A stretch of DNA of 63,240 nt, filler included, from Octopus bimaculoides (Eukaryota), in NCBI RefSeq assembly GCF_001194135.2. It is 4 parts of 4 records of this genome, joined end to end, with 100 filler letters (N's around TTAATTAATTAA, not from the genome) between each part and the next. Parts side by side here need not be neighbours in the genome. Positions count along the whole stretch, not along the records: positions 40,993 to 63,240 come from NC_068983.1; 3 more parts are not named here. The stretch is one strand, 5' to 3'. The translations under genes and the position numbers were made by a program. Position 1 is the stretch's first letter. Each line of letters starts with the position of its first letter. Below the pieces are notes generated by a model. That model was not told the DNA's origin. It searched no databases and saw nothing but the letters and a program-made list of their open reading frames with translations. Positions 50,684 to 63,240 of the stretch are shown here, piece by piece.

Positions 50684-53600
50684 GTTATTATCCCTATTGT
50701 GGGGTTTTGCCAGGTGATATTACGTAGAAGAATATGTTAACAAGGAACCTTAAAACAAAAAGATAGCAATTTAATTCTTCGCTCCAATTTTCTTAATTTG
50801 GGATTAAAAATATATCTGCGAAGAAGAAATTGCTGTTTCCTACCAACTCATGAATAAACAAAATGACTATAGCATTTAAAACGTTGCCTTCCCATCAAAA
50901 ATCGCAATATTCACAAATACGTTATTACAAACAGTAAGAAGGAAAAAGAACTACTCTTTAGCAGATTACAACAATAACAACATGAACAAGAATTATGAAT
51001 TTTTGACAGAAAAATGAATAACGATTACAACAATAGTGGAAATAAAACACAACTACGCGCGCGCACGCACGCTATTAGGCAATTTTCTGCAAGTGAAAAA
51101 ATGAATGGAAAGCTTGCACTGAGAAACGTTTAACGCGTTTCTCATTTTCTTTCCTTTACTGGAGCTACTTCCAACAGATAAGCCTTAGAGATGAATTACC
51201 TGATAGAGAAAAGTCTACAAGGCCGAGATATGTGACAAAGGAAGGTGCATCCCTACCTCAGTCCCATATTGTACAGCGATAAAATAGCTTGTTTCTGCAT
51301 CTTGAAAATCACATGGAATTTTCTCATGATCTCGCAAGAGTGATGCAAGTAGTCTCTGTTGATGTGTAGAATAACATCCTCTATCGGCTGTAGAAGATAC
51401 TATGAGGAGCCAAATGCGTAACGTTCAAAACTGCGGGGGAGAAAAAACTTTCATAAAAAAATAAAAATATAAAAAAAGCAAGCTGTGCTGGTGCGTTATA
51501 CGCTTGCCTAAGAGCTTATATCACAATACTTAGGGTAGTGCAACACAAAGGTTACAGTTAAGGATATTGGTGACAACGCTAACCCATAATTCGCCATCAG
51601 TTTTGTGACACAGTACGGGCGTGTGATAAACACCGAAGTACCCTAAAACAACATGTGGCCAGGTGAATGTCTATGTGAATAAACAAGTACTAATGGCCCT
51701 GGAAGGCCATAGAGTAATTCTTGAGTTGTACCTTGTAGTTCAGAAAGAAAAGCTACGAGGTAGGTGGGTCAGAACAGAAAGTCCTGTTGTTAGACAGTAA
51801 GTGGCAGTAAGAGCCACTTGAGAGCTTTCTAAACTGAGGAACTGCAAAATCAGAGAAAGGAGTGGCATCAGAATAAGCAACAACAGTAGGTTCTGAAGGC
51901 TGCCGTTCCAGCAGTATCTTCAGTCGCAGTTCCAGAAATAGTGGAGAAGATTGCCTTGTTTTCGATTCCAACAACTGACCTAGAAACCAAGAGACTCCCT
52001 CCTTTGTTCATAAGAACCAGTATTATCCCTTCTCTGTGGAAGGGGTGGTCACAGTTGGAATGTCTTTCATTATAAGATTACTTGACCAGGACTGACCTAG
52101 ACATAAATAATAGCAACCTAGTAGTAAATGAACCCATGGTGAAATCTCTATCTAGTCGATTGACCAACAAGAAACAACAGCCAAATCTTCATACCACACA
52201 ACAAGCATTTTAAATAAGGTATGCACACATGTGAAATAATGAAGTCTTACTTGCCCCATTAAAAAGAAGGGATGGTCACGGCTGGTATAACTTCGATCTT
52301 ATGCTTGCTGGAACAGTGATGACAGTAACAACAACCAGCTGTTCATGCTCTTGTCAGTCCCATGAATCCTACCTCAATCGCTGTCATCAACCACCACTAC
52401 ATCACTGCAAAAAATATCACCCTTTACATGGACATCACTCACCATCACCACGACGACGACGACGACGACCACCACCACCACCACCACCAAATACTATCAG
52501 TATCACTGTAACTACTACCATTAACATCAACACTTGTCANNNNNNNNNNNNNNNNNNNNNNNNNNNNNNNNNNNNNNNNNNNNNNNNNNNNNNNNNNNNN
52601 NNNNNNNNNNNNNNNNNNNNNNNNNNNNNNNNNNNNNNNNNNNNNNNNNNNNNNNNNNNNNNNNNNNNNNNNNNNNNNNNNNNNNNNNNNNNNNNNNNNN
52701 NNNNNNNNNNNNNNNNNNNNNNNNNNNNNNNNNNNNNNNNNNNNNNNNNNNNNNNNNNNNNNNNNAATTGTCATCACTACCTCCACCACCACCACCCTCC
52801 ACCATCACCCTCCACCACCACCACCCTCCACCATCACCCTCCACCACCACCACCACTACAAACTACAACACTATCACAATAACCAACATTATTAATACCA
52901 CCACTATGACAAGAACATGAGCAAGAGCGTCGATATCAAGCATCATTAACAACAACAACGACAATATTAATATCAATAACAACAACAATAACATGAAAAA
53001 AAAACAATTACGAAAACAACAACAACAACAGTGGGAGAATATAATAATAATAAAAAAATGAAAATCCGACTAAACTCGCGTTTTTCAGAGGATTACGTAT
53101 GGCGTTTACAAGTCATGTCCCACAAAAAGCGGTAGCTTAACTAAAATTGCCTATACAAATACATCAAGAAATATTACTTAGCGTTGACCTTTCTTTGTCC
53201 TAAATGAGGTCACCCCAGCTCTTTGCAATTGAGCGGCATGTTAATCTTTTAGCCTGATCATAGCAACTTGAGAATGAGTTGGCAAATAGACATTAGTTTT
53301 AACAGGGATTGAAGGAGATGGAAGGAGGTAGGGTAAGAGTAGGAGGTGGGTGTTGAAGGAGAGAAGGAGGTGATAGTAAAAAGAGAGATGGTAAAAGAAC
53401 TGAGTCTTAGCTAAAGGAGAGTAGTGGAAATAATGATAGTAATAATAATAAATGATAATAATGATAATAATAATAATATTAATTAAAGAGAAACAAAGAA
53501 CTAGAAGGAAAAGGAGACGGTAGAAGAAGGAGGAGAAGGAAGGTGAGAAAAAGAGGAGGAAGAAACCCATAGATGAATAAAAGGAAGAAGAGTAATGTTT

Positions 53601-53765
53601 AGAGCATGACAAAAGATGAAGAAGAAAAAAAGATGAGCGAAAGTGAAAGTAAGGCAAATTGAAAAGAGAGGTAAACTTAGATCATGTGATAAAGATGACG
53701 ATGATGATGATGACGGTGATGATGATGGGGAGGATAATGATGATGATGATGATGATGATGATGTC

Positions 53766-53816
<51 letters not shown>

Positions 53817-55079
53817 ATAATTTGTAAATAGGAATTAAACGGTTGCCTTTGGACAAAAAGAATGTTTTACAAATTAAACGGAGATGAGTGCAGGGGTGGG
53901 GGGGGGCGGATTTTACACTCCATCCTGTTCTTCAATAGCAGCAGGGATCTTTTAATTTTCCCTTAATTCTAGACTAATGGGATTTGCTTGGCTTTTTACA
54001 AGGATAAACAACCGTTTTACACGTGCTCTGTATCAATCTATAACACACGCGCACACACACATACACACACACGCACTCACTCAAACACATACATGCGAAG
54101 GGTGGAAAAAATATCCCTACAAACATTGGCTTTCATAGGTTGTTAGTTATTAGACATTTTTTTTTTTACATTCGTATTATGAGCCTCTTTTTTTAAAAAA
54201 ACTTCGTTTTTACATGAGGAAACACTACATCTTTATCGAGGCACAAGACCTTACGTTTAAGTGAGAATTTAAATTTAACTTCTATCTCCTGAAAAGTTAC
54301 CTCAATTGATCAATAGACCAATTAAGTAAACCTATCAGGAATGTACCTATAATGACTATTGGAAACAGTTGCAAGCCAAATTTGCTCTAATAAAGGAAAT
54401 TACATGTAATGACCATTATTTTAAACTTGCTTTTTATATATCACTCTGTAAAAACCAGTTTATCTGAAGCGCGTCCACGGATTTACAATATAGAATTGTG
54501 ATGAACCATAACTTATTATGGTTCATTACTTATTACTTGGAGTCCTTCACTAATCTAAGTAATATTGTTAGCCTGGTGTGCAAACAAAGAGCTTATGAAG
54601 TATTTTGCCCGGATTGATAATCCCTCACTATTTGTTCTACGCACACACACACGCACACAAACACACACACACACACACACACGAAAACACACACACACAC
54701 ACGAAAACACACACACACATGGCAATAGGTAAATACCATCCAAGGATCGAAGTGGAGAAGGTTAGTAAACTTCAAGCATTTATGCCACTAGTATAGATGA
54801 CTAAAAGTGGAAAATATACGATAAAATATACATATTAATATCGTAAGTTAAACACGTTATCTTATATCGAAGTTAAAAGAAATTTCTATAAATTGACGGT
54901 CACCATACAACTCACGGTTTAGCAACTAAATCTGCTAAGAATAAAAATCCAATAGGTAAGGTATGGAACAGGTAAAGCATAGACTACAATTGTTTCATAG
55001 CAAACTGAAGTCTGTTACGTAAGTCGTAACAAACACAAACCAGTTCAGTTCTATATTTAAGAGATGAGGAATTATGTGC

Positions 55080-55225
55080 ATTATTTACATTATTTACATT
55101 CGATGGATATTTGTCCTCATCTTGTTTGTTGTTAACACAACGTTTCGGCTGATATATCCTCCAGCCTTCTTCAGGTGTCTTGGGGAAATTTCGAACCTGC
55201 GTCTTTATTCTTAAGGTATTTTTCG
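55080..55225 (-). mobile_element. Penelope-like terminal repeat
   Basis: Homologous to 34415-34550; contains the hammerhead below. Confidence 0.75.
55134..55179 (-). ncRNA. Minimal type I hammerhead motif (46 nt)
   Basis: GACAC CUGAAGA A GGCUG-gaggauauau-CAGCC GAAA CG UU GUGUU. Loopless palindromic stem III ACGU, extra A after A9, GUU triplet. Confidence 0.72.
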
Positions 55226-55243
55226 ATGTTGTTGTTGTTGCTC

Positions 55244-55278
<35 letters not shown>

Positions 55279-55353
55279 CTTCTTCTTCTTCTTCTTCTTC
55301 TTCTTCTTCTTCTTCTTCTTCTTCTTCTTCTTCTTCTTCTTCTTCTTCTTCTT

Positions 55354-55422
<69 letters not shown>

Positions 55423-55425
55423 GTT

Positions 55426-55500
55426 GAGGTCACTGCTTGGAATCGAACTCGGAATCTTGGGGTTAGTAGCCCGCGCTCTTAACCACTATGCCATATGCCT
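55426..55500 (-). mobile_element. Short tRNA-derived SINE with (AAT)n tail
   Basis: TGGCATAGTGGTTAAGAGC (A box) .. GAGTTCGATTCC (B box), followed by AAT repeats on the element strand. Confidence 0.65.
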
Positions 55501-56631
55501 GTGGGCAATCGAAAAAAAATAAAAGAAAATTCAAAATCAAAATTAGAATCAAATGATCAATGAAAGTATTAGTGGGAAAGTCGCTCAAATTGGAAATAAG
55601 GGTGGAAGTGATTAAGTGGTCATTAAGTAGAAGGAAAAAGAATGCTAGTTAGTGTGGGAAAAGGGTGGGTAGGATTAACAATAAAAATTCTTTACCCAAG
55701 GATACCAAAGGGATAGTGGGAGACTGCGAGCTGATATCGTAAGGTGTATCTAACATATATGAATTATTGGGACACACTGAAAGCAGGGAAAAGGTCACCA
55801 AGCAATACAAGCTGCGAAGTAGTCGAAGTAGCGTTTACATTTGAATAGAGGATACAAGTATATATGTATACATATATATATACGTACAGCCATGAGTATA
55901 TATGTGTGTGTATGTGAGATACTTACATATACACACACAGAAACTACAACCGCACACACACATACACACAGACATATATGCACACACACATACACACACA
56001 AACACACAAACATATATACATATACAGGTACATACGGGCCAACCCCTCTTTTTATCCCCTTTAACTAGCTAACTAGCATTCTTTTTCCTTCTACTTAATG
56101 GCTACTTAACCACACCTACCTTATTTCCATTTTTGGCGACCTTTCCACTAACTAATACTCTCATTGGTCATTTGATTCTGATTTTTGACTTTGTTTTTTT
56201 TTTTTTTTTTTTTTTNNNNNNNNNNATTATTATTATTATTATTATTATTATTTTTAACTACATATACTTAATGTATATGTCTCGTTATCTTCCCGTGGCT
56301 GTAATAGCGTGGTGGAGTATATACACTCTAAAAGCGCCGAGTGTAAAAACACCCCAGAGTCATGGACAGGGAGTGATGGCTCTTTGAGAGTGTATATACT
56401 TCACCACGCTGTTGCAGCCACGGGAAAATACATGAAACACATAAAGTATATATAGTTAATAGCTTGGAAGGACAGACTCGAAATGTCTTTTTTCAATCAA
56501 AGATCGTCAACGATTTAAGGGAAGTGATTTAGTTACAATTGAGAACAGAAACTGAGTTGCACATTTCTATCAGTTGTCGTGTATGTATGTATATATGTAT
56601 GTATGTTTGTATTTATATATGTACACACACA

Positions 56632-56680
<49 letters not shown>

Positions 56681-56778
56681 GTATNNNNNNNNNNTGTATG
56701 TATGTCTGTATGTATGTATGTCTGTATGTATGTATGTCTGTCTGTCTGTATGTATGTATGTATGGGTGTGTATATATA

Positions 56779-57305
56779 TCTAATATATATAAATCACGGT
56801 ATGTGTGTGTATAATGCATAGCGCATACATTTCCACAATTCTCAACCGATTTTCACCACACACATTACTTATGTCCAAAGGATGGTCATGCACTATAACA
56901 TTTTGTCCAGATTTCCCGCGTAAATGGACGTAAACGGACATAGCTTTTTGTATGTAGAGTCTTCCATACGTTTTAAATCTTTTTTATAAAAGTGAAATGA
57001 TTTTGTCTATTTATCTACTTCCCCTGTCTACCAGCGATGGTGATTAAAGTGACTAGGAACACTGAACGCATACATTTCCACAATTCTCAACCGATTTTCA
57101 CCACACACATTACTTATGCCCGAAGGATGGTCATGCACTAAACATTTTGCCCAGAGTTCCCTCGTAAATGGACCTAAATGGACATATTCTTTTTTGTATG
57201 TAGGGTCTTCCATACTTTTTGAAATCTTTTTATAAAAGTGAAAGGATTTTGTCTATTTATTTCGACTGTCTACCTACCAAGGCGATTAAATTGACTAGGA
57301 ACACT
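56779..57305 (+). mobile_element. Helitron-type 5' end with a 245-bp tandem duplication
   Basis: A|TCTAATATATATAAA start, then aaccgattttcacca motif; units 56823-57067 and 57068-57305. Confidence 0.6.
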
Positions 57306-57899
57306 ACGCGATCAATATCCAATACCAAACAATCTTAATCTCCATATTTAAACTACATTAAACTTTGGTAAGCATACCTTTACCTATTCTGAGTCACTTG
57401 AAAGGTGAAGTTCCCTTCCCTCTCCTATTTGTTGATACTTTTGTTTATCTACCAATGCGTTGTTTCACTTTAAGGATGCTTATTTACCTATCCATTATGC
57501 TATTTCGACTGTTGTCCATTGTTTCAAATACGCTTTAGCATTGACGTTCTAGCCTTTTTAAAATAATCACATATGATTCGTCCCAAAGAATCAGCCTTTA
57601 AATAAGAGTTTTCCTTCCACTAGCGAAAGCTATACGTATCTTTCAGAAAGCTCCATACCGATTTAACTTTATGCAGCATTCGCTGTTAGTTTATGCGCAG
57701 GCTATGTAGGATGATAGAATAAAGGGGCTTCTGTTGCCTTATCTCTCCGAAAAAATAGTTCCCTTTGCTGAAAAAAAATAAACTCACAGAGGGGAAGTTT
57801 CAACGTCTTCCTTCAGTTTCATTACATTATTTATGTGGCTGTTTCTGACAAGAAATTTCGCTTTCATGTAAAATAACTATATTTGGTAGTCATGATCCG

Positions 57900-58400
57900 T
57901 AATCTATGCCCAAAACACTCCAGTGGCTCTACTTTGCATCGCTTGCAAACTTATATCTCCTATGATCATTAAAGTGCAACGACCTCCACAATAACCAGCC
58001 TTCAATTTGATTTTCCGTTCTTTGCCTTGGAAAATTTGTGAGGAATCCATTGACCCAATTTGCTGACTTTTCCGATGGCACGCAGGTGTCGATGAATGGT
58101 TGAACGACCAAATGCAAACCTCTCTGTTAGTTCCTCAACGGTTACGATGGGATTTTGTTCCACCAGGGTTTGAAGGACATCCTGGTCGTGCTCTACAGAT
58201 CTTCCAGGGCGAGGATCGTCTTCTAGGCTATAGTTTTCGGCTTGGAATTTCTGGAACCACCGTTGATACTGGATTAATCTTATTTTCTGATATCCATATA
58301 CTGCATTAATATTCCTCGCACTTTCCGTTGAGTCGTTGCCTTTATTGAACTCATAAAGCAAAATATGCTGAATATGTTCCTTTGTCTTCCATTACAGCTT
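57900..58400 (-). mobile_element. Mariner transposase 5' fragment
   Basis: LYEFNKG..YQRWFQKFQAENYSLEDDPRPGRS..TIHRHLRAIGKVSKLGQWIPH. Confidence 0.88.
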
Positions 58401-58598
58401 TTCAAAAATAACTGTTAAAAATCACTTCCATTACAGACGTATTTTCATTGATGACTAGAAGTGTTGCATCATGCAAAAAACAAAAACAAAAACAAACCGT
58501 TTTCATCAGGGGAATACATGTAAGAATTAAACATTTTGAAGGCCTCAGTAACACGTACAAAGTGCCATTTTGACTCTACCGACCAAAATTCGATTCAG

Positions 58599-58668
<70 letters not shown>

Positions 58669-59319
58669 NNNNNNNNNNNNNNNNNNNNNNNNNNNNNNNN
58701 NNNNNNNNNNNNNNNNNNNNNNNNNNNNNNNNNNNNNNNNNNNNNNNNNNNNNNNNNNNNNNNNNNNNNNNNNNNNNNNNNNNNNNNNNNNNNNNNNNNN
58801 NNNNNNNNNNNNNNNNNNNNNNNNNNNNNNNNNNNNNNNNNNNNNNNNNNNNNNNNNNNNNNNNNNNNNNNNNNNNNNNNNNNNNNNNNNNNNNNNNNNN
58901 NNNNNNNNNNNNNNNNNNNNNNNNNNNNNNNNNNNNNNNNNNNNNNNNNNNNNNNNNNNNNNNNNNNNNNNNNNNNNNNNNNNNNNNNNNNNNNNNNNNN
59001 NNNNNNNNNNNNNNNNNNNNNNNNNNNNNNNNNNNNNNNNNNNNNNNNNNNNNNNNNNNNNNNNNNNNNNNNNNNNNNNNNNNNNNNNNNNNNNNNNNNN
59101 NNNNNNNNNNNNNNNNNNNNNNNNNNNNNNNNNNNNNNNNNNNNNNNNNNNNNNNNNNNNNNNNNNNNNNNNNNNNNNNNNNNNNNNNNNNNNNNNNNNN
59201 NNNNNNNNNNNNNNNNNNNNNNNNNNNNNNNNNNNNNNNNNNNNNNNNNNNNNNNNNNNNNNNNNNNNNNNNNNNNNNNNNNNNNNNNNNNNNNNNNNNN
59301 NNNNNNNNNNNNNNNNNNN

Positions 59320-59351
<32 letters not shown>

Positions 59352-60583
59352 ATACACACACACACACACACGCACACACACATAATGCTTTTCAGTTCCC
59401 ATCTACCAAGGCCCGAGGCAATAGTAGAAGGCACCTGATCAAGGTACCACGCAGTGGAACTGAACCCGGAACCATGTGGTTGCAAAGCAAACTTCTTATA
59501 ATTCGCTCTAATGTGAGGTTTCTAATACAGCAATTTGCTTCCCATACCGTTGAGAATATTGTTGTAACTGAAGAAATACGATATCACTGTATATCTCCTT
59601 AATTCTTTGACATTTTCAATGCCATTACGGTTTTTAATTCTGGTATTAATTCTCTTAAACTTTCTCCTACATAACGACCATAAAGATTAGGCAGGTTTTC
59701 GCTCTTTCAGAAAGTAGGCCGGAAGTAACATTTTCACACCGCTTTTGAGTAAGTTTAACCCAGACAAAAATGTGTTTATAAGGGACATGGGAGTATGTGT
59801 TAATGGCTACTGAATGAAATGAAAGGCAACGGTGTGATGTGGTCACTGAGAAAAATGGTCATATAACGACTAAACTGAATAGCAAGTTCAAAAGATCAGA
59901 TAACTATGGAGTGGAGATGGCGGACATTACAATAAAAGCAAAAATTAAGTAAATAAAATTGTTATTGTGTTATTGTGAAAAGAGAATATTTAAGAACAAA
60001 TATGCCCTGTTGTAGATAGTTAACCGGCAGATTCGAGGTTTATATCACAACTAAATAAAAACTAATATATAAGTGAGAATTAATGAAAAATTAGTAACAA
60101 TTATACTTAGATAATACGTTTACATACGACACTCTTTACACGTTTTAGTGGGTATTACGAAAAAAAAAAAGAACAAAATAGTTTACAAAAACGTAAAAGG
60201 AAACGTTTGATCATCTCATTGAAGCTGTTTTTCCATTTAAGAAACTTTCTAAACATGTAAGTAGAAGTTAGTTTAGAGCAATTGACGCATTGAATAACAA
60301 TCTCATCAACTGTGAACTCGTATCTCATTGCAGGTGTTCCATTGTGACTAGATTTATGTATGATTCAGTTTGTTTTGAGACCGAATTTGCCACAGATAAA
60401 CTGGCAATTCAGTACTCGGTTCGCACCTTAATTAGCGAAATATTCTTTAATTATCAGCGATCCATATGGAGATTAAGGTTGTTGAAAATCATGTTACATA
60501 AATGCTGAAGATCATCTTGAATAAAGAATTTGTACTTAATATTCCTCAACTAAATCCATATATCTATCTACAAATAATACGAG

Positions 60584-61048
60584 TGGCTTATTAGCAATTT
60601 AACAAAACTAAAGGGAAATTTATAGACGTCACTAACGTGACAGATGGTACTAAGTGATACTAGCATTGCTAGAAATAAGAGCCAAAACAACTCAATCGCC
60701 ACAGAAGCACTAGCTTAATGACTGACAAGGGGAGATAAGTTCCCCAGCGGACAGCCAGATCACCGGCGATTTCGAATTTTGATGCAGAGCATCTTAGTTC
60801 TCATTGATGACTCTTACCGCACCTAAAGCTAAATTCAACTCATCTTGTCAGCTTATAGGAAAACCGGTGAACTCCTACGCTGACTTCAAAAACGGTAAAA
60901 GTAAAAACTACATATAATATGGATGGCTTATTTAGCAATTTGACATTCTAAAGGCAAATTTATAGACGTCACGGACGTGACACAGGGTACTAAGTGATAC
61001 CAGCATTGCTAGAAATAAGAGTCAAAACAACTCAATCGCCACAGAAGC
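60584..61048. repeat. Pair of 125-bp direct repeats flanking a 215-bp core
   Basis: 60584-60708 and 60924-61048 share tggctta..ttatagacgtcac..gtactaagtgatac..ctcaatcgccacagaagc. Confidence 0.8.
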
Positions 61049-61049
61049 G

Positions 61050-61100
<51 letters not shown>

Positions 61101-61132
61101 AGTATGTGTGTGTGTGTGTGGGGGGGGGCTGT

Positions 61133-61860
61133 ACGAAGTCTGATCAATAAGCTTCCGGACTGTTACCATAGTAACGAAGTTAAAACACGTAGAGTGAAGC
61201 CGTTAGGCAAAAATTGACCGTGAAATTTGCTGTGCATAAACTTTTAACATTCTAGCTCACTTTCGTTATAGCACACTCTTTACAGCAGTACTTGGAAGGA
61301 AGAGGTGCAGCATGTGATCGTCGCATTGACTATGATATAGAAAGTTGTTATGGCGATGCTGCTCAGAGGCTTACACAAAGTTTCAGAAAGTGTATGGAGA
61401 GGAGTGTATGAGCTGCATACAAATGTACGAGTGTTTCAGACGTTTCCAAGATGGTAAAAAAATGTCGATATTGAAGAACGTCCAGGGAGACCAACAACCA
61501 ACAGAACTGAGAAAAACATTGCAAATGTGCGTGCAGCTGTGAGAGGAAATCTTCGAATCACCATCCGTGAGTTATAAGATGATGTGCAGATTAGTTACGG
61601 TTCAATTCAGTCCATTATCACTGAAGATTTGGGTATGAGGCTCCAAGTAGATGCCGAGTTTGTGTCAAAACTGTTTTCAGCTGATCGGGTTTCAGCTGCA
61701 CAAGATCTCCTTGATTGTGTCGAGAACGATGAAAACTTCTTGAAAACTTTGTGTAGGCCTCTGAGCAGGTATAGCCAAGCTTTTGGCAAAATTTGATGCA
61801 GATTCTCTGCTCACCTTTCTCTGTCATGGTCAATGCGACGATCACACGCTACACACGTTA
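61133..61860 (+). mobile_element. Mariner relic with an inverted second copy of its 5' coding region
   Basis: TIR-like TACGAAGTCTGATCAATAAG; + strand EAYTKFQKVYGEECMS..; minus strand 61745-61860 MTEKGEQRICIKFCQKLG. Confidence 0.8.
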
Positions 61861-63240
61861 NNNNNNNNNNNNNNNNNNNNNNNNNNNNNNNNNNNNNNNN
61901 NNNNNNNNNNNNNNNNNNNNNNNNNNNNNNNNNNNNNNNNNNNNNNNNNNNNNNNNNNNNNNNNNNNNNNNNNNNNNNNNNNNNNNNNNNNNNNNNNNNN
62001 NNNNNNNNNNNNNNNNNNNNNNNNNNNNNNNNNNNNNNNNNNNNNNNNNNNNNNNNNNNNNNNNNNNNNNNNNNNNNNNNNNNNNNNNNNNNNNNNNNNN
62101 NNNNNNNNNNNNNNNNNNNNNNNNNNNNNNNNNNNNNNNNNNNNNNNNNNNNNNNNNNNNNNNNNNNNNNNNNNNNNNNNNNNNNNNNNNNNNNNNNNNN
62201 NNNNNNNNNNNNNNNNNNNNNNNNNNNNNNNNNNNNNNNNNNNNNNNNNNNNNNNNNNNNNNNNNNNNNNNNNNNNNNNNNNNNNNNNNNNNNNNNNNNN
62301 NNNNNNNNNNNNNNNNNNNNNNNNNNNNNNNNNNNNNNNNNNNNNNNNNNNNNNNNNNNNNNNNNNNNNNNNNNNNNNNNNNNNNNNNNNNNNNNNNNNN
62401 NNNNNNNNNNNNNNNNNNNNNNNNNNNNNNNNNNNNNNNNNNNNNNNNNNNNNNNNNNNNNNNNNNNNNNNNNNNTATATATATATATATATATATTTGC
62501 GCCCGTACACTCACATATGTACAAATATACATACATATACGTAAACAGGAAGGAAAGATGTCTGTGAGGAAAGAAAGATATGGGTTAGCGAGCGAGAGAA
62601 GCCGAGCAAATTTGAGAGAAAATTCTTAAAACTAGATAGATCATGGGTTAAATGGTTGGCAGTTGCCAAGAATATGCTGGAATGGAAATATAGGAGTGTG
62701 TGTAACATTATACTTATTACTGGCTATTGCTGAATGGAGGGAAACGCCCTCGCTGGTTGTTTATTGTCCGGATTAGGGACTAACTAGTTTGTGGAAAAAT
62801 TCTAGTAGAGTGAGTCTACAAGGGCATTCAGTATATGAGTATGCTCTGTGTGTGAATTTGTGTATGTATGTATGTGTGTGTGTGTGGGGGGGGGGTGTAT
62901 GTGTGTGTGTGTGTATGTGGATGGGAGTATGTGTGCGAGTATGTGTGCGAGTATGGGTGTATGGATTTACATGCATATATATGTATGGATGTTCATGTGT
63001 ATGTACACGCACATATATATATGTGTTTATGTGCATACATGAATGTGCTTTGATGCATGTATGTGTATGTCTACACATATATATTTCGTTTTCTTTCTCT
63101 CTCTCCTCTCTCTCCTCTCTCTCTTCTCTCTCTCCTCTTTCTCTCTCTCTATATATATGTATTTATATATATGTATTTATATATGTACACATATATATAA
63201 ATTTATATATATAAATATGTATATATATATGTATACATAT

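Overview
AT-rich, gap-ridden, microsatellite-dense animal genomic DNA. The repeat families look like those of Octopus (inference from recognition; no database search was run). Three identical 44N-TTAATTAATTAA-44N blocks split the window into four apparently separately assembled pieces: 1-5591, 5692-33817, 33918-40892 and 40993-63240. The one clearly recognisable host gene is POLR3H (RNA polymerase III subunit RPC8/C25), seen as four consecutive in-phase + strand exons (6076-14378). Its 8443-11965 intron has U12 (minor spliceosome) signals. The first exons and the last exon were not found. An isolated RING-HC exon lies at 30339-30478. The rest is mostly decayed mobile DNA: Helitron ends, mariner/Tc1 and hAT relics, RTE, CR1/L2-type and R4/Dong-type LINE fragments, Penelope-like elements and several tRNA-derived SINE families. 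The most interesting signals are (i) six type I hammerhead ribozyme motifs with palindromic stem III on Penelope-like termini, four of them inside or just downstream of the visible POLR3H exons; (ii) a Penelope foldback inside the U12 intron; and (iii) a co-oriented chain of about 11 Pol III-type SINEs in and after the last visible exons of this Pol III subunit gene. Repeat boundaries are approximate (read by eye); exon and ribozyme coordinates were counted base by base.
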